Source: Antedon mediterranea
Taxonomy: Eukaryota; Animalia; Echinodermata
NCBI RefSeq assembly: GCF_964355755.1
Contig: NC_092674.1
Location: 8,680,001-8,744,000 of the forward strand
Reading direction: 5' to 3'
Length of the DNA: 64,000 bases
Shown here: positions 1 through 14,000 of the stretch, in pieces
How the letters are laid out: each line of letters begins with the position of its first letter
Position numbering within the stretch: the stretch's first letter is position 1
Program-made: the position numbers and the translations under genes
Notes under the pieces: model-generated
What the model was told of the DNA's origin: nothing
Database searches by the model: none
Seen by the model: the letters and a program-made list of their open reading frames with translations, nothing else

Positions 1-1274
1 GCGCTTATCGTGGTGAATCGGTTAATTGTCTTTCTATTTTTGCCAGACTCCGTTGATACAAATTGGGGAAAACCCAATATTTTCGCTGAAAAGTTAGGAG
101 TCTTCCATTTGTTTTGGCCTCACGATCGATCGAAAAGTGGGCGAATTACAGGTGAAAAACAAAAATATCAATCCGCGCGCAATGCATTTTGGGATTTATA
201 GCGGGCCGCTATAATTATTAGAATCGACTTGTTTTTCACATTTTTAACCGTTTAAAGACGAAAAAAGTTATCGCAATAGGACCATATAGTATTATCAATA
301 AATCATCTTCTCTTCACCACACCCACAAAAAAAAACATGTTTTGTCAAAAATACAAATTGCAATTTGAAACAACTAAAGATGGGTATTTCAGTTGAAATT
401 GTGCAAATGTGGCTTCGCATGCTGCAATGCAGCTAAAAGTAAAAGGACGTCACGTTAAAGAGAATGTTTTTGTTTCTGCTTGCGTGCTCATGATTTTACA
501 AAATGTTTTCAGAGGGATGATGATGATGGTTGCGATCGGTGGTACAGAAAATAAAATAATTCCGATATTGTTCCTGATAACAAAGAAGCAGATTAAAACT
601 GTGTAGTTGTTTATTTGACCCATTTGGCTTAGATTCCTATATGGCCTAGAGGACTTTCATAATACTACCTACTCACTAGCGGTCTAACTAAAATACAGTT
701 AGTCTAGAGTAGTAGTTTAATACACTACCTGGCTCAGGCCATCCATATCCTCCTTCATCGTTACCACGTGGCATCGTGCAGATGTACACTAACCCAGCTT
801 ACTAGCTAACTACACTCCCCACCCACCCTAGCTCTAGCTAGGTATGCACTGCGCTGCCACTAGGCCTAGCCTATTTTGGGTCTCATGTCTTGCAGCATCT
901 GAAAATACATACAGTAGGCCCTACTAATACTGTACATTATTATTTTTTTTATTGACACTGGAAGTATCTAGGCTTTCCTGTTCTGTTACAATGAAATATA
1001 TTATTTATTATCCTCAGCAGTGAAAAAAAATATATTTTGTTGTTGAATATGCCATGATTTTAAACAAAAAACACTCTCAGCAAGTTTGCTTCATTAATAC
1101 GTCATTTTACTTTAGGTGCATGCGAAGAAGTAGTCACCGTGTTTGACAAGGGCATCATGTTGATTTTGAAGAAAGAAGAGAAGGAATAGTTTATATCAAA
1201 TTCTCAAATGTATTGCAGTTACAAATAATTATAATTTAGAGAATCCATTCTTTTCTCCCATTTTTTTATACTAG

Positions 1275-1500
1275 ATTCAGCTTCGTGGATACCAGTTTGC
1301 AACATTTTACTTGGAAGCTAGGGAGTATGCTCTTGGTATAAAATGGGTACAGAGCTACCTAGCTGTTAAACATAGTGATAGCAGAGCTCACAAATTACTT
1401 GGCAGTCTTTATGAGGCAGTTAAGGACTATGGGAAGGCTATCGACAGTTATAAAAAATCATTGGAGTTTAATGAGACCCAAAAAGAATTGATGTTAAGAA
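1275..1500 (+). CDS. RANBP2: RanBP2 exon, N-terminal TPR region
   Basis: AG acceptor at 1273-1274 and GTGAGT donor at 1501; [18 protein letters not shown]...[38 protein letters not shown] is TPR-like and matches the Nup358 N-terminus. Confidence 0.9.
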
Positions 1501-2040
1501 GTGAGTGTTAAAACTTGTATGAATTTAATAATTTAACCAATCATGATGCAATGGATTGTCTGAACTACCGCTTGTGATTGGTCAACTTACAATATGTATT
1601 TCGTCCAAGTAGAAACCAAGCTTTAGCATGCAAATGTTATGAAATGTTTGCAATGTGTGTGCAAACAGTACACTAATGGTTTATATCATTACATCTAGAT
1701 CACATTGGCTACAAGTGCAGCCGAGTGTGTATCCACCCAATTTATTAGCGAAATTATAAACTACATGCCATTTCCTGCAATTCCTTTAATAAAATTCATG
1801 TTTCTTCAAAACATTTAAAAGTATGATAATATTGGAATGGGACTCTCATTAACAAAATTTTTAGCATTTAAGCTACTAACAGAGTTGTACTGTATTACAG
1901 CGCATCACGTATGCAAAACCCAGGAGAGCAACAAATCGCTCTCCTCAAATCACCGAGGAGAGCAATTCGCTCTCCTTGCAAAAATTTTAAATCGCTCTCC
2001 TCAAATATTTATGTTGAAGTTGAAGGATGGTCGCCCCCCA

Positions 2041-2071
<31 letters not shown>

Positions 2072-5000
2072 GCACAACAAATGTATACTGTACCTCTTCC
2101 CTAAAATCCCCCACACCCACCTTTACACACAATATTTTCCGTGGGGATCGTATTATTCTACAGTACAAAAAACTCAAGCCAATTTTTTTTTATGGCCTGC
2201 CTGGGTAGATTGGGTTTCAGGAGCCTGGAGAATCCTGTCCTGGCCAACTATTATGCCTTTAGCCTAGCTTTTCTAGCCTAGCTTGTTGGCCTAGAAATCA
2301 GACAGAAAACCTGAAAAGTATTTACCTGCAATTCATAAATTATACAATTCTAACATGCAACAGCCATTAAAATATTGATAACAAGTTACAAAGTGTCATT
2401 TTAAAATTATTAAGAAAGATATTTGATCGTGTTTACATGTGTCACACATGGGCGCACGCACAATAGGGGAGGGCTGAGAGAGCTTCTAGAAGATGCTGAC
2501 GTCACACATCAGCACGTGTTTTGAGGAGGATTTGAGTGACCAAAATTGGTTAGAACTTTCGAAGAAATAATCCATCTTCAAAATGACATAATTAAAGCAA
2601 CCAGCAGCTAAGCTTTTTAAAATAATAAACATTATATTTAGGCCTCCTATATTAATGTTTCCTTTTAAAATTAAATATATTTTATTAACTCGTTCCATAA
2701 AAACATAAAGGGAAAAATTATTGGTTGGGACATGATCTTCCTGTAAAGGAGGTGTTTCTATGACACCGTACTGGTTGCACTATGAGGCGATGAAGTAAAC
2801 TCGCCCTTGAATGCGCGCAGGCAGGGGAATCCCCTTTGTTGGTACCTCGCACTGTGAGATGGAGCGCGATGAATTGCTCTCTTTTTCGAAGGTTGTTGAT
2901 TGCGATCGCGCTCGCGATCCTTAAAAACGAGGGACTGCCATTAGGCTTGTAGCTTTATAACTTAGCTTATATATTATTAGCCTAGGCCTAGATTGGTTTT
3001 AACTTTTAAAAATCCACGTGTTTTTAGGCCTCTTGACAGAAAAATCAACACTGTCAAAAGCTAGGCTCTATTTTGAAAATTAAGGAGCGCGATAAATTGC
3101 TCTCCTCGAAGCCTGTTGAGGAGCGCGGAGGAGCGCGGTCGCGCAGGCGCTCCTTATAAATGATGCCCTGGTATTAGTGAGAATGTGTACCTTTTCCTCT
3201 TACAGTTGCATCCCTTGGTTGTACCATTCAGAATTATGATGTGGAGAAGTTGAGATATTGGGTAGAAAGAGCTGAAAGGTTCTACCCAGGTCACATCAAT
3301 ATTCATAAAATCAAGGTAAGTTGTTTCTCAAAAAAAAAAACTGGTATACCAGACTGACTGAAATGTTTAGTGTGAAGTAACCCATGTTGGTAATATATCT
3401 CGGTATAAATTTGTAATTATTTTCGGAAAAGACAAAAAGTAGCGAAACAAACCTGCTTGACAGTTTCTGAGTCCTGTTTGGACAGCTTCTTCAGAAGACC
3501 AGAATATCTTCATGAATATTCAAAACCAGATGAACATTTTTAATTGTATTCTCGGTATACTTGATTTAATAATTGCACATAAAAGCATGCATTACCCCTT
3601 TCACACCAAAACTATGCAGTGATCTCTGAAGACACCCTATGGTTTGTGACCATTCAAAACGTTGAGAAACCCTTGGGCTACCCCTTTCACACCAACCTAG
3701 CAACACCGGGATATTTAAAATAAAATCGTAAATGACGCCCTCCGGAGTTTGATGTTGACACCTTTCACAATGTGTCCCTGCATTTCGCCCTCCAGTATCA
3801 AATAAAGTGATGCGCCAAAAAATGGTAGTGATATGACATCATCATATCCGTATATATTGGCATAAAGTTTGATAGTGTAGACAAAGCTTTAGACCAGAAG
3901 AGCCATGACGTTTTAGGAATTGTAACTTAGCCAACCAACTAGATATTGGTCCGTGTAACAACAAGTTACTGAGTACCATAATCACTTTGATTTAAACAGT
4001 TACTGTATTCTTTGCTTATTAGAGTGATAATCATGTTTACATGTCCACATTAAATGTACTTCAAGAGATAATTACAACTGTATGTATACATTGTACTACT
4101 TGATGTTATTGTACATTTTTTATATACAGTAGAACCAACCCTGTAATACATTACCCCAGGTTCCTTTTCATGTACCATCTTAAAATGGGGTGTCCCCTGA
4201 ATAGAGATGTTCCAAAGTATGAGTTCTGCTGCATAGCACAATGACAACTTGTTCTAAAAATACTTTTAGTAACACTATTAAAAAAATGATTAGCAAATTT
4301 TATTAATTATTGTAAATACTAAGAAATCCTTGAAGAAAAAAATGTATTTATTAATAAATATTAACAAGCAGGGCTCAATTTAGTGCTAGCCCGGCGTACA
4401 ATGGCTAGTAAAAACAGCTCCGGGCTACCTAAAGTATCTTCCTTTAAGCCCGGATGGCTAGTAGGTTGTGGGAACTCGAAATTGGGACGAAATGACCTCA
4501 TAAAAATAACTCCAGCATAAAAGACATATGTCTTGGCAACATCAGCAAAAAAAACCACTCGCGGGCTGCTGTGGCCATAACAAGTGATGATGTAGGCGGA
4601 GCCTCTCATAATCAAGCAAATTTTCCGAATTATGATTGGCCATTTATGTTTTTGTCACCCAGGTTATTGTGAAGTAGGCGGAGCTTCATTATCAGGTCAA
4701 ACGTGTCACAAAAATATGACCATAAATAACGAACTGTGATTGGCCAAATGTAGTAGAATTTTGTCAATGTTAAAAATAACTTGTCTAGTCTTGTCAGGCC
4801 TGGTTGTCACAGAGATCAAAGCTAGGGATATTTTGTAGGGCTGGGTGGCTGACTCTATCCCTGTAGGTAGGCCATGGAGGCCATATTTTATAATATGCGT
4901 AGGCCTAGATAGAATCAAAAGCCATCGTTTGGCATCGTGATGGCTGCTCAGCAGCTAGGCCTAGCTAGATACTACCATTTTAGTAACAGTTGAGTAGAGT

Positions 5001-8000
5001 AGGCCAGGTGCTCCAATGCGATCTAGGCTAGGTAGGCGCGCCTACGTCTATCCTAGCTACCCTACTATAAATAATAGGCTCTCTAGGCCTAGCCTAAGGT
5101 AGACAGAATCTAATTAGTTTTCTTGGCTAGGTTGAAGCCCAACAACAAAAAGACCACAATAAATCGATTCTGTGAATATGGTGAGCATGAAATAGATTAT
5201 GCGTCGCGACGCAAAGTTAATTTTTATAATGTGAACAATAAAGAAATACAATTTTGTGTAATTTTTCATGCAATAATAGTTTAATACAGTATTTATGTAA
5301 ATGTTTAGCAATTCTCGAGCGTTTAGATTAGTGCGCCCTCTATTGTACAAAATGCCTGAATTCATTTATATGGCGGCCCGCGATTTTTTTTTTCGTACAT
5401 AAGTTGGGGACCCCCTCATGAAACGTCACAAAATAAACATGAATAATTCATCAGTTAAATTTTCTTGTTCCGTGTGCACCCAAGCGTATAGCAACAAGAA
5501 GTGATTACACGCACAACTTAATTCTGCTATTTTATTATCAAACAATATGCATGTACTCAAAGGAACTTTAAAAATGCGCGTATGTGAACACATGAGATGG
5601 GAAGATTAGACCCACGAGAATAAAAAATGTATTTTTGTGTAATGTTATTGTTTAATTTTGCTGACTTATACCTAACACACACAAACACACACCCACCCCC
5701 ACAGTTACTACTAGAATAATAGACATGGGTTTAGAGACTAATAATTAGGCCTAATAGTATTAATAGAAACTATAATTTTAATACGTAATTCTTTAGTAAT
5801 AAATTATATTAAAAACACCTTAAACTAAAGGCTGATTATTTTGACAATTCACACAAAACGCCGCTATTCTTTTATGAAATCCCACGCGGCAACCACAAGA
5901 ATCGTACCGCACTTGTGTAATCACTTCTTGTTACTATACGCTTGGGTGCACACGGAACAAGAAAATTTAACTGATGAATTATTCATGTTTATTTTGTGAC
6001 GTTTCATGAGGGGGTCCCCAACTTATGTACGAAAAAAAAAATCGCGGGCCGCCATATAAATGAATTCAGGCATTTTGTACAATAGATAATAATAAGAGTG
6101 GGCTAGTAAAATAATGTATGGGCTAGTGAAATCTACAGTGAACTAGCCCAGTGGGCTAGCAACATGAAAAAGATAAATCGAGCCCTGACAAGTGTATTTT
6201 TTTTGGTATTTTAACTGAGTATGCAATTTAAAGTGCAACTTTTTAGTATAATCTGACGTGTGCACTACTTCCCTTCAATGTAGATTGTTAACTCTTCTAA
6301 TTTGTTCACCTTGAAGAAATGCACAGGCTTGGTTCACAATGTATCAAGGGTTAAGCTGATCTCGGGCAACGTTGGCTTGAGCAGTCGTAGCTTGCGCTTC
6401 ATCAAGAGTATTTGATTTAGGAAAGCATTGCTCAGTTTTGGTTAAATGCAGCTGAATTGATGGTTAACTAGAATTGGTAAAATATAACTAGGAATTCTTG
6501 GGATTGTAAAATTGGTCAAGCAGACCTTCATTTAAAGAAATAAGAGGAGAACACTCAATAGCTCCTGTTAAATTTTCAAGGAGATAAATTGTTACAATTT
6601 TTTTTATAAAAGAGAATAAAAAACATGTGTGGGATAGAGGGTACATCCCTCGCGCTCCTTTTAAATGAAGGTCTGGGCAAGCATATATGTTTCCCAATGA
6701 ATCTGATCTTGTCAAGTTTACAGCTCGGACTTCTGCAATGAATCTGCTGGGATAGCCTAATCTTGGCAAGCGCTGCTCGGACTTTGTTTTGCAATGGTTT
6801 AACCTTAATCTAGGCAAGCGTAGGCATTCCCTGCATTAAAAAAATAATAGGTACTTTATTTTAACACATAAAAGCTAGTATTATATCACCTCAATAAAAA
6901 AAGTGTTCTACTACAAGGCCGATGATTAACCCAGGCCTGATTAACCGGATCTTGGGTAAAGGGTCTTTCACACCTGTTCCGACACGGTTGTGGTCTGGCA
7001 CTGGCAAATCCAATGGTACTGCAATGTTTCGTTTTTTACGACTACGACCATATCGGTTGGTGTCGTGAAATCGAAACATTGACGTTTGATTCGCCGAACC
7101 GGAACCGTGACAGAACAGGTGTAAAAGACCCTTAGGAATTTCTCAAACTTGATTCACGATGAATCTGGGATAAACCTGATCTTAGAGGAAGCATATCTCG
7201 GCTCCAATGAATCTGCGGTTAACCAGCTGGGCAATTCCATGGTCACTCGCATTACACATTACAGTCATTTTTGTTAGTCTAAGCTTTGTACTTTCTATAC
7301 TAATTGGATTTTTAAGTCAATGTTTTATATGAACATACTTTAAGTGCAAGTCTTTAATAAAATACTATAAAAAAAATGTATGTCTTTTACTTCGACAATG
7401 ACGGCATTGCGAAATTCTGTCACACGCATTACACAAAAAAGACACAACAAAAATTTGATTAAATTTGATAAGAACGTGTCCTTAAACTAAAAATATATGA
7501 ATCAAAAGATCTTATATTTTTAATTGCTGTACTTTTAAAGTATAAAATAGGATAATAAAAAAATTCAACATTACATAGATTTTTAAAATATTTTACATTT
7601 TAACAAAAAAGTCCCGTCACTCGCATTACTGTCACTCGCATTACCGTTAGAAGTGAACTTAGTATATACTAAGCAAAGCAGAAAGAAAAGTAGACAATAA
7701 TTAAATAATGCAACATTAAACCACTCAAAGAATGTTATATCAATTTTCAAGTAAAAACTTTTATTTCAACTCATTTGGATGAAGTTCTAAAGGACATCAT
7801 CTATTTTTAACACTAACAGAACATCTTGATTTTTTACAAACACAGTAACAGAACACTTATACGGTCACTAAAAATGAAAATAGAAAATTCAAACAGCCAT
7901 TTTACAAATTATGGAACTCAAAGTTCTTCGCAAACCAGCATCAAGCATTCTTTTTGCCCTGGTAGTGGCTTTAGCAAAGCCATAGCACTTCTAAAAGGTG

Positions 8001-11000
8001 ATGGCCCGTCTGATGCCAAAGCAGCCTTCTTTGCTCTGAACTTAGCCACACGTTTTCTATTAGCAACTTTAAGAGCATCAATCTTCTGCTTCTTCAAAGC
8101 TGGTGGCAGAGCTAGAATTTTCTCTTTTCTTTTACTTTTTTACTTCTTTTCGAAATTTCATTTTGTTTGTTTCTGTATGAGGTGTATTTTCCCTCGGCTT
8201 TCAGTTTTTCTAGGTACTTTCTCTGTCGTTCGGCCATTTCTAAAGGCAGGATGCAAATTTGAATGATAATTTAAAATTATTTTTAAATAATAAGCAATTA
8301 TATATTTTGTTTTTAAAACTACAATGCTTTAGACCTGGTGGTTTAAAATATGCCTAGTAAATAATAATATATAAATAATAATATATAAATAAATTATTAT
8401 AGCCTTAGGCCTATGCGGTGTTTTCAAATTGTAGAATTTGAAATAATTAACACTAACAATATAAGAAAAAAAAACTTAAAAATTGTGATTAAATATAAAT
8501 GTATACTTATTCTTACCTTCTTATCTTCACAAAAGATTGTACCAAATTTGTTAAATCTCACCAGATTTAGTGTTTTTTATTTAATGAGCTCTTATAATGA
8601 TTTGATTTTTCAAATGATTTAACTGCAAAAAGGTCGTTGCTAAGGATTGTGCCCTCAACAAACCTAATGCTATAATTATTATACTGTAGTGCCTCCAAAT
8701 AAGGGCCAAATCACACATTGTATTATGAAATTAATGTATATACTAATTCTGGGACTAATTCATAACTAATGATAGATTAATTACTATTTTACTTTACAAA
8801 AAAAAGAGTTTTAGTAATGTCACTCGCATTACATTGTCCATTTTTTAACGTCACTCGCATTACATGTCACTCGCATTTCACTTTTCAATGTCTCAACAAT
8901 TTTGTATTTACGGGGATTTTTTATTTTTATTGTCAAATTTTAATTGTTCAAAGTAGTATAGCTAAATTATAAAATTTCATTAAAAAAAAATATCATCATG
9001 ATGGTATAAAAAAAAAAAATCATTTTTTTTGTCACTCGCATTACATACCCTAATATATAACAGAATATACACAGCACTCCTATATGGGATATTCAACATT
9101 TGTAGTTATATCATATTTTCCATATATCTTAAGTGTACTACCGTATTACTTAGACATGTTACTTTATAAATATTGCTTTGTTGGGAAAATAATAATCAGT
9201 TAACGTAATTACCTATTTTTCACACCTAAAAAAAAATATATATTCAACATTGAATAAACGTAATTTTTTGGCTGCAAAAAGTCATAAATGAATTGAAAAA
9301 GTTAAAAACCTAGTTCCCACATATTCAAAGAGTAACATAAACACAAATTTTGAGCTGACTAATTAATTTGAATTTTTTTGGTCATGTCCATGTTTGCATG
9401 GAATTGCCCAGCTCTTGACAAGCATATATCAGGCTCCATTCATAATGGTTTAATCTGATCAAGTGAATATCTCAAACTTAATTCGCAATGAATCGGGGGT
9501 TAACCAGATCTTGGACAAGCATACCTCAGGCTCCATTCATAATGGTTTAACCTGATCAAGTGAATATCTCAAACTTAATTCGCAATGAATCGGGGGTTAA
9601 CCAGGTCTTAGACAAGCATACCTCAGGCTCCATTCATAATGGTTTAACCTGATCAAGTGAATATCTCAAACTTAATTCGCAATGAATCTGGGGTTACCTA
9701 GATCTGGCTGTTCACTTACTACTACACTGCCGTACTTTGAGAAAAGGCATTATCTACATTTTTTTCGAAATTGAGATTTTTGTCTTATTTGATTCTTAAG
9801 GGCATAACTTAACATCTGAATTGACCATACATGGCATATTTTTGTTTGATGTTCTTCTCAAGACTATACATTTAGAAATAGAATATTATTTGTATGTTTT
9901 TTATAATAAACAAAAACGCGTTTTGCTCATTTACTCAAAAGTACCTTTTTGTAGATAATGCCTTTTCTCAAAGTACGGCAGCACAGTTCTCTACAAAAAG
10001 CTATAGAGTTTACAAATAGTTAAATCATATTAAATTCTGGTTTTCATCGGAATAAAGTTTGATCTATCACATATCAATCGTAATGAAAGCCAGTAGTAAT
10101 AGAAACAACTGGTTTAGAAAATCAAAGTTATGGGCAGGAAGCATCTAAAGTTCAATGAACTGTTAAAGTGTGATTGAGTCATTGGCCAAGTTTTATTTAT
10201 ATATTTATCCATTTCTTGAATTACATTTGAAATTGTTTTAATTAAAACCATTTAAATCAAAGGATTTTTGTCTCAGAATTTTTTTCTTTAGTAAACTGTA
10301 TATAAAAAAAAAATATGACTTTAAATGGATTGAATAATATCTGACGTTTTTTTGTTCTGAACTTAATTTCAATCTCCTTACTTCAATTTGGAAAAAGGTA
10401 ATCTGTTAATTTGATTGTACTATATTCAATGCCAACTCAACACAGGCTATTGTACAGTAAAAGAAATTGTCCTGACTGCTCTGCACTCATTAAAAAACTT
10501 CTATTAACATCATAGATAAAAATGTATTAATTTAATTTCTAGGAAAATCAACTTAAAATAATTCAATGTACGTTTCAGTTTCAGTTTATTTACCAATAGC
10601 AATTAAAAAATAGCATATAAAAAAAACAAATGATAATTATCATTTGTTTTTTATGTAAAGAGTTTAAACAAATTAAACTAGATTTAATTCGTCACTATGA
10701 CGAATTATAGGTTACAGTATATGCATTGATTTTAATAAAGATATATTGATTTGGTCATGATCTTTAATTATTTATAATGAAAGATATGATCTTTGTAGGA
10801 CAAATACAATATTTGATTTTGACAGAATCAATAGGGTTATATGCATGATAATGCATATAACCTTATTTATTTCGGTAATTGCATACAAGTGATGTAGAGG
10901 GGAAGAGGGCAGATCAAGGATTACCGTATATTTCGGTGTATAAGTCGCACCTGTGTATAAGACGCACCCCCTAACTGAGAGTAAAATATCGGTATTTTTT

Positions 11001-14000
11001 ATATCGTCGATGTATAAGACGCACCTTATTTTTCATCAAAACAATGTTTTTTTAAATTGTAATCAATATTATTGTAATAATATATTTTGTTATATCTACA
11101 ACGGCGTCCTTTATTTAGGTTTTTTCATACCTAGGCTCGGCCGCGTCCAGCCTCAACAAGTTCTTTCTAACTTGTTATTCATGAGTTTCGCCGCAACATC
11201 GAGTGCATGACCGTGTGTGTAACATGTACGTGTGTGGGCTAGCCTCGCTCGATCATTTCGAGAGGGCGCACGTTTTCACGGACAATCAGAGCCATACATA
11301 TGGCTCTGCGGACAATCGTATTCGATTAGTATCTATGTATCCGAGAAGTGTATACGCTAGGTCCATGCTATAATCAACTGGAGAATAGTCAAATACCGTA
11401 CACCATGTGGCCGCCAAGAAGGGTTTGCGCTAGGCTAGAGGTACGGCGGTCGTGCGTATAACTATAAATACACCATGTGGCCACCAAGAAAGGGCTTGCG
11501 CTGGGGGTACGGCGATCGTGCGTATAACTACTGTATAAATAAATACTATTCTAATCGTACGTAAACGTTTACAAATGAAATTTTATGGGAGCGCCATAAT
11601 GAACAAATCTTGTCATCATATTTAGTATAACATCATGCTAAAATGCCTTGAAAACTAGGCAGAAGCAGGTTGCCGTTACGTTAGTTAGTTAAACTGTAGC
11701 TAGGCCTAGCCTAGCAGTAGCAAACGAGGTGACGATAGCATATAGGCCTATGTACAATCTGTGTGGTGAGGCATTTATGTTCGGTGTATAAGACGCACCC
11801 TTAATTTAGAGGTCAAATTTGCGTGTCAAAAGTGCGACTTATACACCGAAATATACGGTATTTGCAATTGAGAAGCACTAACATATTGTATTCAAAGTCA
11901 AAAAGTACTTTTTTTTCCTAATTTTAGCTGTTAAAAGGGGAGCACATGCTCCTAACGCAACCTAAAAGCCTAAATTTTCTATGTACCCTGTTCATATTCA
12001 CACTACACAATTAGTACCCTTTAAAGAAGCTAAAGCTCTGTCTACACTATTAAACTAGTTTGACAAAAAAGTGTGATGTGCCCAAATATGGTAGTGATAT
12101 GACATCATCATGTCCATATATGGGTATCAAATTTTGTGTCACATAAAGTTTGATAGTGTAGACAGACCTTAAGAGAGGTCTTCCCACTTTCCTTTAACTT
12201 TTTGGCACCAGGCGTATTATAATAGTTGACTTTAATAACGCCGTACATTTCTAGCAATTGCTCTAAATGGCTGAATGAGTAACAAATGGTATTTGACTTG
12301 AATTATCATTGTGACCTAATTCTAAGTTTCCTAAGAACTGAGGTTGAGTGATTCCTCATGTGTTCTCTTTTCATCAAAACTTCAACATGATTCACTATAG
12401 AGTAAAGTTATACTGTATAGAGTTTATTTACATTAGTAGGTCAGCAATACTAATTACTAGGTCAATTAATACCCATATAACATGTCTCATGTCACAGCTT
12501 TGACTGCAAGGGCCTAATGAATTACAAATTGTCGCGCGATATAATCAAAAGTGAATATCATCTCTTGGTTTGGCTTAGCACACAGGAAAATAGCTGAATA
12601 AATGTTAATATTTTTTTATTTCCTAGGAAAACATATTCAGGAGATCCGGGAAGTTACCAGATTATGAAATCTATCTTCGTAAAAAACTGGTAAGTCTACA
12701 GACTAATCTAATACTATACTGCACAGTTCTTAACACCTTTGTGCTCAAAAGGCTTTTAACCCACTTGATGGATTGAAGTGATACTGTCATGAGAAAATAA
12801 TATTGGGACAGAATTAGATTCAAACCCTGGACTAGAATTAGTAGACAAGCATGTTAAATACAAAAATCAAATATTTTTAAATAAATAACCTTTTTAATAT
12901 AGTTAAAAGTATGTTGTACTTATGTATATCCAAATAGCATAAGAAACAATTATCACTATCAGTCTGCAATTACGACTCAGATTTTTCTGATGATTTTTTA
13001 TTTGGATCTCTCTTCTATCTAAACAAATAAATAGTTAATAATAATACTTCTTAAATTCTTTTAGGTTCAAAGGAAAGGAGATTATTATCTAAATTGCAAA
13101 CTAGTAAAACTACTGATCGAAATGCATAGGTTACGAGAAGCAGTCGACCATATCTTACTTACTCAAGATCTAGAGTCTGTTGCGGACCAACCAATCTGGT
13201 GGGAGAGCACAGTCCACACTTTAGAGGTAAGTATTGAGGTCAAGCATCACGGTACCCCCCTCAAAAAAGGCCTGTGGAGAACAGCGTACTTATATGTCAA
13301 TATCCAACAAAAATGTATTAGGTCTCGTACATCTTTATTGTGCTCATCTCATTGGACACCACACAAACAGGACGACACAGGCAGTAACTGGTATGTTTTG
13401 TCCTTACCACATGATTGGTTGTTTTTTGTTTTTTCTTTTTCATTTCCAAAAACACACGCGCGATTGGTTGGTTATGTATGTATATGTAAATGTCATGCAT
13501 TAGTTGGATTCACCCTCGCAAAATATATTTATTTTAATAGAGTATTTTCACACAAAAGATTAAAATGAAATGGCCATATCTTGCTGATTCAAGATTTATT
13601 TTTTCTTGTAGATTTACATAAAGAGCATAAGACAAGGTGAAGAGAAAACAGCCAATGAGGAGACGATAATGGAGATGCATAGTCACCTATTGGTGGCGCT
13701 ATCCAAGTGGATTTTGTTGAGTCTAGCGATGATGGATAAACCACCTCACAATGCCGTAATCCTCTTAAAGGGGTTAGTACTTTGTATATTTAAACTCAAT
13801 CAATCGATTCTCATACAGTAATCAATTACCACATTTTATACAACAAATTTACATGACAGTTTTATTCAATTCATATTTCTACTTTGCACTTAATCATCAA
13901 ATTTCATATAATTAAGGTAATTAAATTATATACCAATTACAGTTTAGACAAAAGGAAATATAATAAATACCACCCTCTATGAGACGTTTTTATCAATCAA

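Noticed and set aside
1120-1146. ATG CGA AGA AGT (MRRS) resembling the human RanBP2 start
   Set aside because: A stop follows after 8 codons and no suitable donor is present; the true first exon could not be identified.
1837-2267. Poly-proline ORFs
   Set aside because: They arise from a poly-C tract inside a transposon-like element; no splice or homology support.
7826-8266. 146-aa plus-strand ORF
   Set aside because: Antisense to a Lys-rich transposase-like remnant within a TIR element.
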